The notes: generated from the letters alone by a model not told the origin. 64,000 bases of DNA from Thermoplasmata archaeon (GCA_021816865.1 JAKAWX010000001.1:40794-104793); one strand, 5' to 3'. Positions 17,101-25,221 are shown, counted from the first letter of the stretch. Program-made: numbers and translations.

Positions 17101-18694
17101 TCGCGGCTTCCGCGGCGCTCGACGCTCGCTCGTAGGAGACGAGCGCGGTCCGGGCGGCCCGGTCACGCTCCGCCGAGCCTTCGGGCTGGTCGTAGGCGAG
17201 CGCGAGCCAGAGGTTCCCTCGCTCGACCGCGACGTCCGTCCGGGTGGGGTCGAGCCGGAAGAGCTCGTCCAGGACCGGCGCCAGGGCCGCAGGGTCGTTC
17301 GTTCGGGAAACAACAGCTTTCTTCTCGAGCAGGTACTCGACCTCGCCCGGGCGCGCGCTCAGGAGCGCGTCGTAGGCTCCGATCGCCCCGGCGAGGTCGC
17401 CTTCGGCGGTCAGGGTACGGGCGAGGGCGAGCCGGGCGGCCGGGTCCCCCGGTTCGTCGGCGAGGATCGCGTTCGCAAAGTCGCGGACGACCTCCGGCCG
17501 CTTCAGCGTTTGCGCGACCTCGAGCCCCTTGCGGATCTCCGCGACCGCGTGCGGATGGGCCGCGCGCAAGGTCCGGTAGGCCTCGACAGCGCCGTCCGCG
17601 TGGCCGAGCGCGAGCTCGATCTCCGCGATCCCGCGCATCGCCTCGAGATTGTCCGGATAGGCCGCGAGCACCGCCCGGCACGCCCCGAGCGCGACGTCGG
17701 ATTTCTCGAGGCGGACCGCGAGCGAGCGGAGTTCGAGGAGGTTCTGCAGGTTGCGGGGCTCGACGTCCCTCAGGCGCTCCCGGGCGGCGAGCGCGAGCTC
17801 GGGCGCCCCCGATTCGGTGAGCGCAGCGACCTCGGCGAGCGCGGGGGCGTCCGGGGGCGCCGAAGTCTCCACGATCGCCTTCACGATCGGCAGGCCCTCG
17901 ACGGTGCGCCCGAGGCGGAAGAGGAGACGGGCGTAGAGGAGGGTCGCGCGGGCATCGTCCGGATGGCCCGCGAGAATCGTCTTGAGCGGCTCGAGAGCGT
18001 CCTCGGTTCGGCCGACCGAGGCGAGGAGCTCGGCGCGCGCGCGCAGGAGGTCGAGGTCGCCGGGGTTCTCCTTGAGCAGCTCTTCGCACGCCGCGAGCGC
18101 GGGCAGGTCCCCGCCGACCGCCCGCGCGAGCTCGAGCTTCGTCCGGAGCACCCGAGGGTCGTGGGGCGCGAGCTTGAGAGCCCGATCGACGTACTGTGTC
18201 GACGCCGCGTCGAGCTGCTGCGCCCGGAGGTACGCCTCGACCGCGTCGGCGGTTTCGCCCTCCAGCCGGAGGGCGTCGCCGCGCGTCGCCCAGAGGCTCT
18301 TGTCGTGCGGGCTCCCTTCGAGCGCCTTGTCCACGAGCGCGACGACCTCGGGAAGGTCCCGGTTCTGCGCCAGGAGGATGAGCGCTTTGTGGTGGAGGAG
18401 GCCGGAGTGGCCCGGGGCGAGCTTGAGCCCGAGGTCGGCGGCCCGGCGGGCGAGCTCGGGCTGGGAGGCTCGCGAGAACGCGAGCGACGCTTCGTCGAGC
18501 CACGGCGCCACCTCGCTGCCGGCTCGCGCCACTTCGGCCGAATGCTGCTCGACGGTCGCCAGGAACGCCTTCAGCGCCCCGAGATGCCGCGGCCGGTCCG
18601 GGCGGGACTCCGCCTCCTGAGCGGCCTGCCAGCGGAGTCGTACCGCCTCGAGCGGGTCGGCCGTACGCTCGGCCGCGGACTCCCGTTCTCCCAT
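14159..18694 (-). CDS. Giant TPR-repeat protein (1511 aa) with C-terminal Cys-rich zinc finger and Pro/Lys-rich tail
   Basis: ORF 14159..19957 trimmed to the ATG at 18694 (MGERESAAER), because the upstream 421 codons are antisense to the HD-domain gene. More than 25 TPR-like units (e.g. AEALRAQGAYADAIAYYRQGLTIDPKN). C-terminus has CVGCGG...HTCSAPLCQHCVGQFPHCPKCG. Confidence 0.85.
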   Translation of the reverse strand: MGERESAAERTADPLEAVRLRWQAAQEAESRPDRPRHLGALKAFLATVEQHSAEVARAGSEVAPWLDEASLAFSRASQPELARRAADLGLKLAPGHSGLLHHKALILLAQNRDLPEVVALVDKALEGSPHDKSLWATRGDALRLEGETADAVEAYLRAQQLDAASTQYVDRALKLAPHDPRVLRTKLELARAVGGDLPALAACEELLKENPGDLDLLRARAELLASVGRTEDALEPLKTILAGHPDDARATLLYARLLFRLGRTVEGLPIVKAIVETSAPPDAPALAEVAALTESGAPELALAARERLRDVEPRNLQNLLELRSLAVRLEKSDVALGACRAVLAAYPDNLEAMRGIAEIELALGHADGAVEAYRTLRAAHPHAVAEIRKGLEVAQTLKRPEVVRDFANAILADEPGDPAARLALARTLTAEGDLAGAIGAYDALLSARPGEVEYLLEKKAVVSRTNDPAALAPVLDELFRLDPTRTDVAVERGNLWLALAYDQPEGSAERDRAARTALVSYERASSAAEAANVAELGIARASRLVGDPERAIEAYRRFLDDPDNARRFDILKELAHTLRETGHYSEANEAYGRAISGGAEDPDLFWGAVEVLALLNQDARALQLLDLLLRREPSNPLFLRKKGQLLLKTGRRAEALSVLQQAVQTTRGDPHAHFEVAEALRAQGAYADAIAYYRQGLTIDPKNRHGRLALAETLQLAGQYSEVVQIVDPLLVEEPNDLAAWKVRGDALRSLGRPSEVLYSLRAILLLEPENGPALLEMYRLHRDAGETREAYDDLTRLLATDAPEASDAALQLDRGDLAAALGLAEEANQAYERAAQVDPVLKVEIAIRRARLRLTAGRPDLALEVLDDGLKAVPEGGPSNLAAQLLRAEILSGLERPAEARGVFEEVRRREPKSPIALAGIAKSMLEEGKHAEAAEFVRAALPQVPPQESLYLLLAEAESGLAHLDVADETLRKGVELLPKSVPLWVRLGELATARQAWSEASDAFAHALSLAPANVEVLLRAGLVAMRLQHPNEALALYDRATAADPNHKQAWTSRGLALVAIGRPTDAVASFDRALALDSDFAPAKEGKKVAVQKTRDTEIQRHGREALLLEARLGRTVTKNDLFVTLHVPYEFLEPVLTTISHADTVDLDHLDAAEVRELENASYHLITSALERRSPGIERRGLTLADVAALAPSSYTLDRIQRLFGYLKAVLETNLKAENLELTPDVEDLARQALGLPAEQRTLFQIVKNLKVGVYKARLIKVVESAGAAAHAPLPALDLGAYSPEFRTSEEPDGEPTGPAEARGAASGASTVSVAPSSDWARPPTAASGAGPRAAGTAHGTSTPVARCVGCGGIASVLHTCSAPLCQHCVGQFPHCPKCGQPITTESTRPLEGVSVHAPSGRPVARPSTGGGGLRGVFQRTKPVALPREGPAKTPPHADHTSKPPSPDRTKGPPATLPVRKEAPNAAAPPKEAKTASKAIPEPPPPPVPAAVRPKREKHDDEPRL

Positions 18695-18719
18695 GAGCGC
18701 TCTCCGACCGCTCCGTGCC

Positions 18720-18729
18720 GATAAATACG
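18720..18729. promoter_or_regulatory. A/T-rich TATA-like element between divergent TPR and HD genes
   Basis: GATAAATACG is centred about 30 nt upstream of the TPR ATG (18694, minus strand) and about 64 nt upstream of the HD gene GTG (18788). Confidence 0.35.
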
Positions 18730-18787
18730 TTCGGACTCGGGGGAACCGAACGCGCCGCTCTCCCGTTCGCTTATCCGTTCTCGGCGG

Positions 18788-20068
18788 GTGGGCGCGGCCG
18801 TGCCGCCCCGAGGGAACCGGTCGGCTCCGCACAAGTTGATCTTCGACCCCGTGCACGGTCCGATCGCCTTCCACGGCGCGCCGCTCGCGCTGCTCGGCAC
18901 GCCCGAGTTCCAGCGGCTGTGGGGCATCCGGCAGACGGGGTTTGCCCACCTCGTGTTCCCGGGGGCGAACCACACGCGGCTCGAACACTCGCTCGGGGCG
19001 TACTGGGTCGCCGAGCAGATGGCCGCGCACCTCGGCCTCGACCCGGCCGCCGTCAGTCGGGTCACGGTCGGCGCGCTCCTCCACGACCTCGGCCACGGGC
19101 CGTTCTCGCACACGCTCGACGGGCCGATGGTCGAAGTGCTCGGCCACGGCCACGAGAGGCTCTCGCGGCGGAGGATCGAGGGCTCCGACCGCGAGTGGCC
19201 GGAGAAGCGGGTCGAGGTCCCGCGGGTCCTCGAACGCCACGGGCACTCGCCCCGGTCGGTCGCCGACCTCGTCGACCCGCCGGGCGATGGCCCCGGTCCC
19301 GCGCTCCTTCGCGAAATCCTCCACGGGGCGGTCGACGCCGACCGCATCGACTACCTGCAGCGCGACGCGTACTACACCGGTGTCGCCCACGGGGCGATCG
19401 ACGCCGTCCGCCTGCTCGACACCGTGCGGTCGGTCCACGGACGGGTCGCGTTCGCGGAGAAGGGCCGCAGCGCGGTCGAGGGGTTCCTGGCCGGTCGGGC
19501 GCTGATGTACTCGTCCGTGTACTACCACAAGACCGTCCGCGCGGCCGAGATGATGGCCCAAGCGGCGTTCGAGCGCCAATCCGGCTACCCCGACGTGGCC
19601 CGGAGCCTCTTCCGCGTCACCGACGGTGAACTCCTCGTGCGGCTCGCCGACGGCGGCCCCGTGAGCGCGGCTCTGGTCCGCGGGCTCCTCGACCGGCGCC
19701 TCTACAAGCGGGCGTACGGAGCCCGTTCGGTGACCCGGTCCACGCGCGCGGCGTGGCGCCGGTTCGTCCGGGCGCCCCCGGAGCGACGGGCGCTCGAGGA
19801 CGAGATCGCCGGGCGCGCTCGGGCGCCGCCCGGCTCGGTCCTCATCGACCTTGCCGGCCTCGAGCCCCGCGGCGTCCCCGAGGAGGACTGGGACCGCCTC
19901 GGCCTGCAGGTCGGCGCGAGGACCACGTACCCGTTCCGGGCGCCGAGTCCGTGGCACGCGCTCGCCACGCGCGCTCCCGCCGACTGGCCCGTCAGCGTCT
20001 TCGCGGCCCCGCGGTGGCGCGCTTCGGTGGCGCGGGTGCTGTCGACCGGCCGCGTCGCGCTCCCGTAG
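18788..20068 (+). CDS. HD-domain phosphohydrolase, SAMHD1/dGTPase-like (COG1078 type)
   Basis: ORF track, 426 aa. Motifs: LIFDPVHGPI, NHTRLEHSLG, LLHDLGHGPFSH, DADRIDYLQRDAYYTG. Confidence 0.85.
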   Translation: MGAAVPPRGNRSAPHKLIFDPVHGPIAFHGAPLALLGTPEFQRLWGIRQTGFAHLVFPGANHTRLEHSLGAYWVAEQMAAHLGLDPAAVSRVTVGALLHDLGHGPFSHTLDGPMVEVLGHGHERLSRRRIEGSDREWPEKRVEVPRVLERHGHSPRSVADLVDPPGDGPGPALLREILHGAVDADRIDYLQRDAYYTGVAHGAIDAVRLLDTVRSVHGRVAFAEKGRSAVEGFLAGRALMYSSVYYHKTVRAAEMMAQAAFERQSGYPDVARSLFRVTDGELLVRLADGGPVSAALVRGLLDRRLYKRAYGARSVTRSTRAAWRRFVRAPPERRALEDEIAGRARAPPGSVLIDLAGLEPRGVPEEDWDRLGLQVGARTTYPFRAPSPWHALATRAPADWPVSVFAAPRWRASVARVLSTGRVALP

Positions 20069-20489
20069 ACAAGGGCGGCCGGGCCGCCGTGTCCTCGTGG
20101 GCCATCAATCGGTCCCACGTGTCGTCGGGGACCCGCACCACGGAGAGGCGCGGCAGCCGCACGAGGTCGAAGCCGGCGAGCGCCGGGTCGGCTTTCACTT
20201 CGGCGAGGGGGATGGGGCGACGGAGGGCCCGGACCGGCGCGACCTCGACCGACCAGGAGCCCCGGGGGTCCGTCGGGTCCGGGTGCGGCGCGGCCAGGAC
20301 CTTCACTAGTCCGACGAGCGCGCGCTCCGTACCGGTGTGGTAGAAGATCGCGCGCTCCCCTACGGACATCGACCGGAGATTTCGCAGGGCGAGGGCATTG
20401 TGGACGCCGTTCCAGTCGGTCCGCCCGTCCCGGACCAGGTCGGTCCAGGCGTAGTGATCCGGCTCTTCCTTCAGGATCCAGTGTGCCAC
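19992..20489 (-). CDS. EVE (PUA-like, DUF55) domain protein
   Basis: ORF track, 165 aa, GTG start. Motifs: HWILKEEPDHYAW, WNGVHNALALRNLRSM, AIFYHTG, RLSVVRV. The 3' end overlaps the convergent HD gene by 77 nt. Confidence 0.85.
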   Translation of the reverse strand: MAHWILKEEPDHYAWTDLVRDGRTDWNGVHNALALRNLRSMSVGERAIFYHTGTERALVGLVKVLAAPHPDPTDPRGSWSVEVAPVRALRRPIPLAEVKADPALAGFDLVRLPRLSVVRVPDDTWDRLMAHEDTAARPPLSTGARRGRSTAPAPPKRATAGPRRR

Positions 20490-20688
20490 GCGACGGGATA
20501 CGGCCGCTCCCTCTTAGTCCTGGCTGGGGCCCCCCGAGCGACGGCGCGGCGGCCGAACCCGGACCGGAGGGGAGCCCATCGCTCCCCCCCGTGGGCGTTC
20601 GGCCGCGGCCGGCCCGTAGCGTGCGGGGTCCCGGACAGGTCGCCCGGTCGGGTCGCCCGGACGGGTCGGGGCCTCCGCGGCCCCCCGG

Positions 20689-21468
20689 CTAGCCGAGGAG
20701 GATCCCCTGGTGCGTGATGAGGAACGGTCGACGTTCCGGGTCGTGGGCGCAGCCGCGCATCCGGACGATCTTGATCTGGCGGACCGAGCGGTCGCCGACC
20801 CACTTCCGCGTCAGGAGGATCTCCCCGCGCGTCAGGACCTCCTCGGGCGTTAGAACGCCGGGGTCCTTCGGTGTCGCCGTGATGAGCGCGGTGACCCCGG
20901 ACTCCGAGAAGAAGCGCAGGAGCGACTGTATCTCCGTCCGTTCGGCCTGCGGGTCCGCGGACGCCTTGATCGTGAACCGGCGGATCGACGTGATCGAATC
21001 GACCAGGACCCGGCGGAACGGGACGTCCGCCATCTGCTGCCGGAGCTTGAGCTGGATCGACTGGATCGAGATCTCTTCGGCGTCCCCGCCGCGCTTCGCC
21101 TCGAGCGAGAGGTCGCGCATCGACTTGAGGTCGGTCATCGTCCGGATCTCTTGCACGGCCATGTTGCGCTTGATCGCGCGGGTTCCCGGGTTCGCTTCGA
21201 GGGTCTGGATGGCCGAGAGGTCCCAGCCGAACGACTGGACGTTCTCGATGATCTCGTTGGGCGGCTCGTCGACGGCGACGAGCAGGACCTTCTCGCCTCG
21301 GCGCAGGCCCTCGAGGAGGAACGTGAGGCCGAGGAGGGTCTTCCCGCTGCCCGACCCCCCAGTGACGAGGTACGGCCGGCCCGCCACGAGCCCTCCGCCG
21401 AGCATGCGGTCGAGGCCCGGGATCCCGGTCGCGACGCGGTGCTCCGCCAGGAGGGCGCTCGCGCTCAC
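20689..21468 (-). CDS. KaiC/RecA-superfamily ATPase, single domain (second of pair)
   Basis: C-terminal 259 codons of ORF 20689..22239. The GTG at 21468 overlaps the upstream stop (GTGA). Motifs: GIPGLDRMLGGGL, Walker A GGSGSGKT, Walker B-like RVLVDSIT. Confidence 0.85.
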   Translation of the reverse strand: MSASALLAEHRVATGIPGLDRMLGGGLVAGRPYLVTGGSGSGKTLLGLTFLLEGLRRGEKVLLVAVDEPPNEIIENVQSFGWDLSAIQTLEANPGTRAIKRNMAVQEIRTMTDLKSMRDLSLEAKRGGDAEEISIQSIQLKLRQQMADVPFRRVLVDSITSIRRFTIKASADPQAERTEIQSLLRFFSESGVTALITATPKDPGVLTPEEVLTRGEILLTRKWVGDRSVRQIKIVRMRGCAHDPERRPFLITHQGILLG

Positions 21469-23936
21469 GGCCCCTCCGTCCGAGTCGTGCTCTCCGCCGG
21501 TACCGGCGGATCGACCGGTTCGGCGGCGGGCGGCGCTGCCGGCGACGGGTCGGCCGGGGGAATCGCCACCGCGGTCGCGGCGAGCACGGTCGGCGCCTTC
21601 CGCTTGCGCGGGGCTCGTCGCTTCGGCTTCGTCGACGGGCCCGTCGCGACGGGCAAGGCCCCCGTCGCCTCCGTGGGGGGAGAGGCGGCCGCCGGGGCGG
21701 GGCCCCCGATGGTAGCCGGCGGTGCCGGGACCTCTTCCCGACGAGGCCGCGAAGGCCCGGCCCGGCCCGACTCGGACGGTCGGCGGCGTCGTTTCGCGGC
21801 GGAGGCGGGTTTGGTCGAGGGACGGCCACGGACCGACGCTCCTTCCGCGGGGACCGCCCCTACCGTGGCGCCGGTGAGCGCCGGCGCCGGGGTCGTCGCG
21901 GGGGTCGGCCCCCGTTCGAACGCGGGCGACGTGGTCTCGATCGACGCCGGGCCCAGAATCGTCGGGAGGGGAGGTCGACCCCCGTCGGAGACGGGGCGGT
22001 TCTCCAACGGAGGGAACCGGTCGACCCCTAGCTCGGGTCGGGTCGACGCCGACACGAGCTTCCGGTCGGGGAAGGCCACCGGCAGAGGCGGCACGGGCCG
22101 TGGGGTGGCGGCCGCCGCGGACTCCGGGCTCATCGGCGGACGGCTCCGGGAGGAGTCGACCGCTGCGGAGGGTTGGGGTCCGGCCTCCAGGGGGACCGCG
22201 CCGGGCTCGCCGCCGGCCACCGCTCCCTCCGGCGCCCACCCGCTCCGCCCGGCGCCGGACGACCTCTCGGGAATCGGAGACGCCGGCGTGGTCTCCCGCG
22301 CGATCGGGGAGAAGAACCGGTCCGTACCGTTCGACGGCGCGCCCACGGCCCCGCCGGGGGTCGGCACGAGCGCCGCCACAAGACCGGGCGACTCGGCCCG
22401 GTCCCGGGCGACCGTCGCGTCCGGCCCTTCGGGGAGCTCGGCCAACGTTCTGGACGACGTTCCGAGGTCCGGGCCGATCACGGTGGCCGTCGGTTCGACC
22501 TCGGGTTCGGCCCCCGGGGATTCGATCGAAGATGGGAGGCTCGCATCGACGGCCGGCCCCGCCGGTGTCGACGGCATCCCCGCATCGTCCTCGACGACCG
22601 CCCCTTCCTCACCGACCGGGGCGGGCCTTTCGGCGACCGCGCTGTCCCAAACCCCCGCCCGGGCGAGGGAGGACTCATCCACCGGCGCCATCGGCTCGGT
22701 CGGAGCGGGGGGGATCAGCGAGAGGACCCAAGCGAGCTGAACCTCGAGGATGCGCCGGGGCGGCAACCGTAGCGGCGGAAGGCCCGTGCGCGCCGACTCG
22801 CTGCGCTGACGGATCCTCTGATACGCTTCGGCGACCTTCGGGTCCGGGCCCGCGGACCGAGCGACCTCCCCCCGCAGTCCGTCGACGAGCCCGATGACGC
22901 ACGCCGAGACCCGGGAGAGATGGCCGCGAGCGGCGTCGAGGTCGCCGGCCGTGACGGCGCCGAGCGCCGACTCGAGCTCGACGCGGACCGGCCGGACGTC
23001 AGCGCCAACGAGCACGAGGTCACGGACCTCGTCCGCGAGGGGGTCGACCGGGGAGGTCGTCTCCTCGGCCGAATCCGCGGGCGGGGCGACCACGGTTCGC
23101 TCCGTCGTGTGCACCGCCTCGATGATCTGGCGCGTGTCGCGCGAGATCGTGGTCGAGAGCTGGATGTCGATCCCGTGGGGCCCGATGCGGTAGGGGTGGA
23201 GGCGCACGTCGTGTGGGCTTCCGCGAAACTTCTCGACGCCGATCGCACGGACGGACCGGCTCTCGAGCTCCCAGCGAAAGAGCCGTATCTCGCCCCGCGC
23301 GAGCATCCGCTCGGGCGTCTCGACGTCTTCGAGCGGGGACTCGACCGTCAGGAGCGTCGTGACCCTCAGGTCGGAGAGGAACCGCAGGAACGCCTGAGCG
23401 CCGGCGATCGGGTCGAACCCCTTCATGCAGAAGTACTGCAGGGCCGTCAGGGAGTCGACCGCGATACGGGAGTACCCCCGCCGGACGACCTCGGTCCGGA
23501 GCATCTGCTCGAGACCGGCCATGGTGACCTCGACCGCCGAGAGCTCGGGCGAAGTGCGGATCGTGAGAGGGATCTCCTTGAAGGGCGTCGCGTTCCGCAC
23601 GGAGGCGATGTCCTTGAACGGCGCTCGCTCGTAGCGCATGATGTCGGGGATCGCGTCGAAGACATCGACCTCGTCGAGCGCGGGCCCGAGACCCCGGTGG
23701 TTGATCCGCGTCTCGTTCGGGGGTTCCTCGACCGTGACGAGGAGCACGCGCTCGCCGTGACGGACCCCCTCGCACAGGAACTGGAGGGCGACCGTGGTCT
23801 TGCCCGTACCCGACGGTCCCACGATCAGGTACGGTCGACGGCCGACCAGGCCACCCTGGAGCATGGTGTCCAGTTCCGGGTTCCCGGTCGAAACGCGACC
23901 CTCCGGAAGCCCCGTGGAGACCTTCTCGCTCGGCAT
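21465..23936 (-). CDS. KaiC/RecA-superfamily ATPase domain (~270 aa) fused to a ~550-aa helical then Pro/Ala-rich low-complexity region
   Basis: ORF track, 823 aa. Motifs: GNPELDTMLQGGL, Walker A GPSGTGKT, RIAVDSLT. After residue ~330 the composition becomes P/A/G/S/E-rich, with basic clusters KRRRRPSESGR and KPKRRAPRKRKAP near the C-terminus. Confidence 0.8.
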   Translation of the reverse strand: MPSEKVSTGLPEGRVSTGNPELDTMLQGGLVGRRPYLIVGPSGTGKTTVALQFLCEGVRHGERVLLVTVEEPPNETRINHRGLGPALDEVDVFDAIPDIMRYERAPFKDIASVRNATPFKEIPLTIRTSPELSAVEVTMAGLEQMLRTEVVRRGYSRIAVDSLTALQYFCMKGFDPIAGAQAFLRFLSDLRVTTLLTVESPLEDVETPERMLARGEIRLFRWELESRSVRAIGVEKFRGSPHDVRLHPYRIGPHGIDIQLSTTISRDTRQIIEAVHTTERTVVAPPADSAEETTSPVDPLADEVRDLVLVGADVRPVRVELESALGAVTAGDLDAARGHLSRVSACVIGLVDGLRGEVARSAGPDPKVAEAYQRIRQRSESARTGLPPLRLPPRRILEVQLAWVLSLIPPAPTEPMAPVDESSLARAGVWDSAVAERPAPVGEEGAVVEDDAGMPSTPAGPAVDASLPSSIESPGAEPEVEPTATVIGPDLGTSSRTLAELPEGPDATVARDRAESPGLVAALVPTPGGAVGAPSNGTDRFFSPIARETTPASPIPERSSGAGRSGWAPEGAVAGGEPGAVPLEAGPQPSAAVDSSRSRPPMSPESAAAATPRPVPPLPVAFPDRKLVSASTRPELGVDRFPPLENRPVSDGGRPPLPTILGPASIETTSPAFERGPTPATTPAPALTGATVGAVPAEGASVRGRPSTKPASAAKRRRRPSESGRAGPSRPRREEVPAPPATIGGPAPAAASPPTEATGALPVATGPSTKPKRRAPRKRKAPTVLAATAVAIPPADPSPAAPPAAEPVDPPVPAESTTRTEGP

Positions 23937-24065
23937 GGCCTACCCCCTCCGGACCATCGGCTCTCGCCCGGTCGGTGAACGATGGGAGGCCGTGCTTCAA
24001 GTAGTTTCCTCGATAGAGGCGGCGCCCCGTAAGGACTATCTCCCGGCAAGCCAGCGGGGAAAACC

Positions 24066-25109
24066 ATGCCGCGCCCCACTTCGGACGGAGCCGCTACCAT
24101 GCTCGGGCTTGCCGCCGCGCTCCCGACGGCGTTCGGGGAGAGTTTCCGCCGAGGGCGGGACGTCGCCCCACCCCCGGGCCGGGGCCCCCCGGAGGTCGTC
24201 CTCGTCGGCATGGGAGGCTCGGGGATCGCCGCCGAGCTCGCGCGCGGAACCGTCGAGGCGGAGACCCGGGTCCGCCTCGCGGTCGTCCGCTCGGCCGAGA
24301 TGCCACGGTACCTCGGACCGGAGAGCCACGTGGTGCTCGTGAGCTACTCGGGCAACACGTGGGAGACCCTGCGCGCCTACGACGCGGCGGGTCGGGCGGG
24401 CGCGCAGCGCACCGTGCTGACCTCGGGCGGGGCCCTCGGCGATCGGGCCGTCCGTGATTCGGCCCGGCTCCTGCCGATCCCGACGGGGATGCCTCCCCGC
24501 TCGGCGGTCGGCCACCTCCTCGGGGCGATCCTTGGGCTCCTCGACCCGCACTTCCCCGAGTCGAACGAGTCGCGTGTCGGAAGGATCGTGGACCGGGCGC
24601 ACCGCTTGGTGCGGGAGTACGCCCGGCCCAACGGCCCGGCCGCCGCGATCGCCGAGCGCATCGGCCCCCGGTTGCCGCTCGTGTACGCCGAGAGCGGGTT
24701 CCTCGGCCTCGCCCGCCGGTGGAAGACGCAGGTCGAGGAGAACGCGAAGCGGCTCGCCGCATTCGATGAGGTTCCCGAGCTGTTCCACAACGCGATCGTC
24801 GGGTGGGATGCGATGCGGCGAACGGAGGCGGGTCGGTACGCGGCCGTGCTCCTCGAATGGTCGGGCGAACATGCGCTCTTGCGCCAGAGCTACCGGTACC
24901 TCGAACGCCTGCTGGCACGCAAAGGAGTGCGAGTCGTCCGCGTTCCCCTGGCCGCCGAGGACCGCCTCGAGGCCCTGGTCGGCGGGATCTCGCTCGGCGA
25001 CCATGCGAGCCTCTTCCTCGCTGACCGGCGCCGGGTCGACCCGCTGCCGGTCGAGGCGATCGGCCGCCTCAAGGCCGCCGTGAAGGGGCCCGGGCCCCCG
25101 GTCCACTAG
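24066..25109 (+). CDS. Bifunctional phosphoglucose/phosphomannose isomerase (SIS domain, archaeal PGI/PMI type)
   Basis: ORF track, 347 aa. Motifs: VGMGGSGIAAE and VSYSGNTWETL. Confidence 0.8.
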   Translation: MPRPTSDGAATMLGLAAALPTAFGESFRRGRDVAPPPGRGPPEVVLVGMGGSGIAAELARGTVEAETRVRLAVVRSAEMPRYLGPESHVVLVSYSGNTWETLRAYDAAGRAGAQRTVLTSGGALGDRAVRDSARLLPIPTGMPPRSAVGHLLGAILGLLDPHFPESNESRVGRIVDRAHRLVREYARPNGPAAAIAERIGPRLPLVYAESGFLGLARRWKTQVEENAKRLAAFDEVPELFHNAIVGWDAMRRTEAGRYAAVLLEWSGEHALLRQSYRYLERLLARKGVRVVRVPLAAEDRLEALVGGISLGDHASLFLADRRRVDPLPVEAIGRLKAAVKGPGPPVH

Positions 25110-25210
25110 ACCACCCGCCGGAGGCGACCGGCCTCTCCGACCGGAGGGGCTACGACCCTCGCCTCTCTCGGGTACGCGGTGGCGACGCGGGCGGGGCCCG
25201 CGGCGGCAAA

Positions 25211-25221
25211 CCCCTAAAAGC
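25211..25221 (+). promoter_or_regulatory. Putative TATA box for tRNA-Ser(CGA)
   Basis: CCCCTAAAAGC is centred about 30 nt upstream of tRNA position 1 (25246). Confidence 0.35.

Noticed and set aside
14180-18724. A 1514-aa plus-strand ORF. Similar giant ORFs occur at 1093..3096(+), 5105..7111(-), 32583..34937(+), 42912..45056(-), 51969..53969(+), 57717..59597(-) and 61459..63303(-).
   Set aside because: They run antisense to, or out of frame with, genes that have clear family signatures. Their products are Arg/Gly/Pro/Asp-rich with no motifs. These are typical shadow ORFs of a ~70% GC genome.
18695-19957. The N-terminal 421 codons of the 1932-aa ORF 14159..19957.
   Set aside because: This part is antisense to the well-supported HD-domain gene and is Arg/Pro-rich. 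A TATA-like element and an ATG (18694) immediately precede the first TPR-like sequence, so the TPR gene was trimmed to start there.
20638-20670. A short tandem GGTCGCCCGG-TCG-GGTCGCCCGG-ACG-GGTCGG in the EVE/KaiC intergenic region.
   Set aside because: It has only two and a half copies of a GC-rich decamer and no associated feature. That is within expectation for this composition.
21469-22239. The N-terminal extension of the second KaiC-like ORF (516-aa version), plus similar 5' extensions of the thiolase-adjacent, Cox, XdhC, ABC, PurN and Trm11 ORFs.
   Set aside because: The extensions overlap the upstream gene in another frame and are low-complexity. Conserved N-termini coincide with ATGA/GTGA/TTGA stop-start overlaps.
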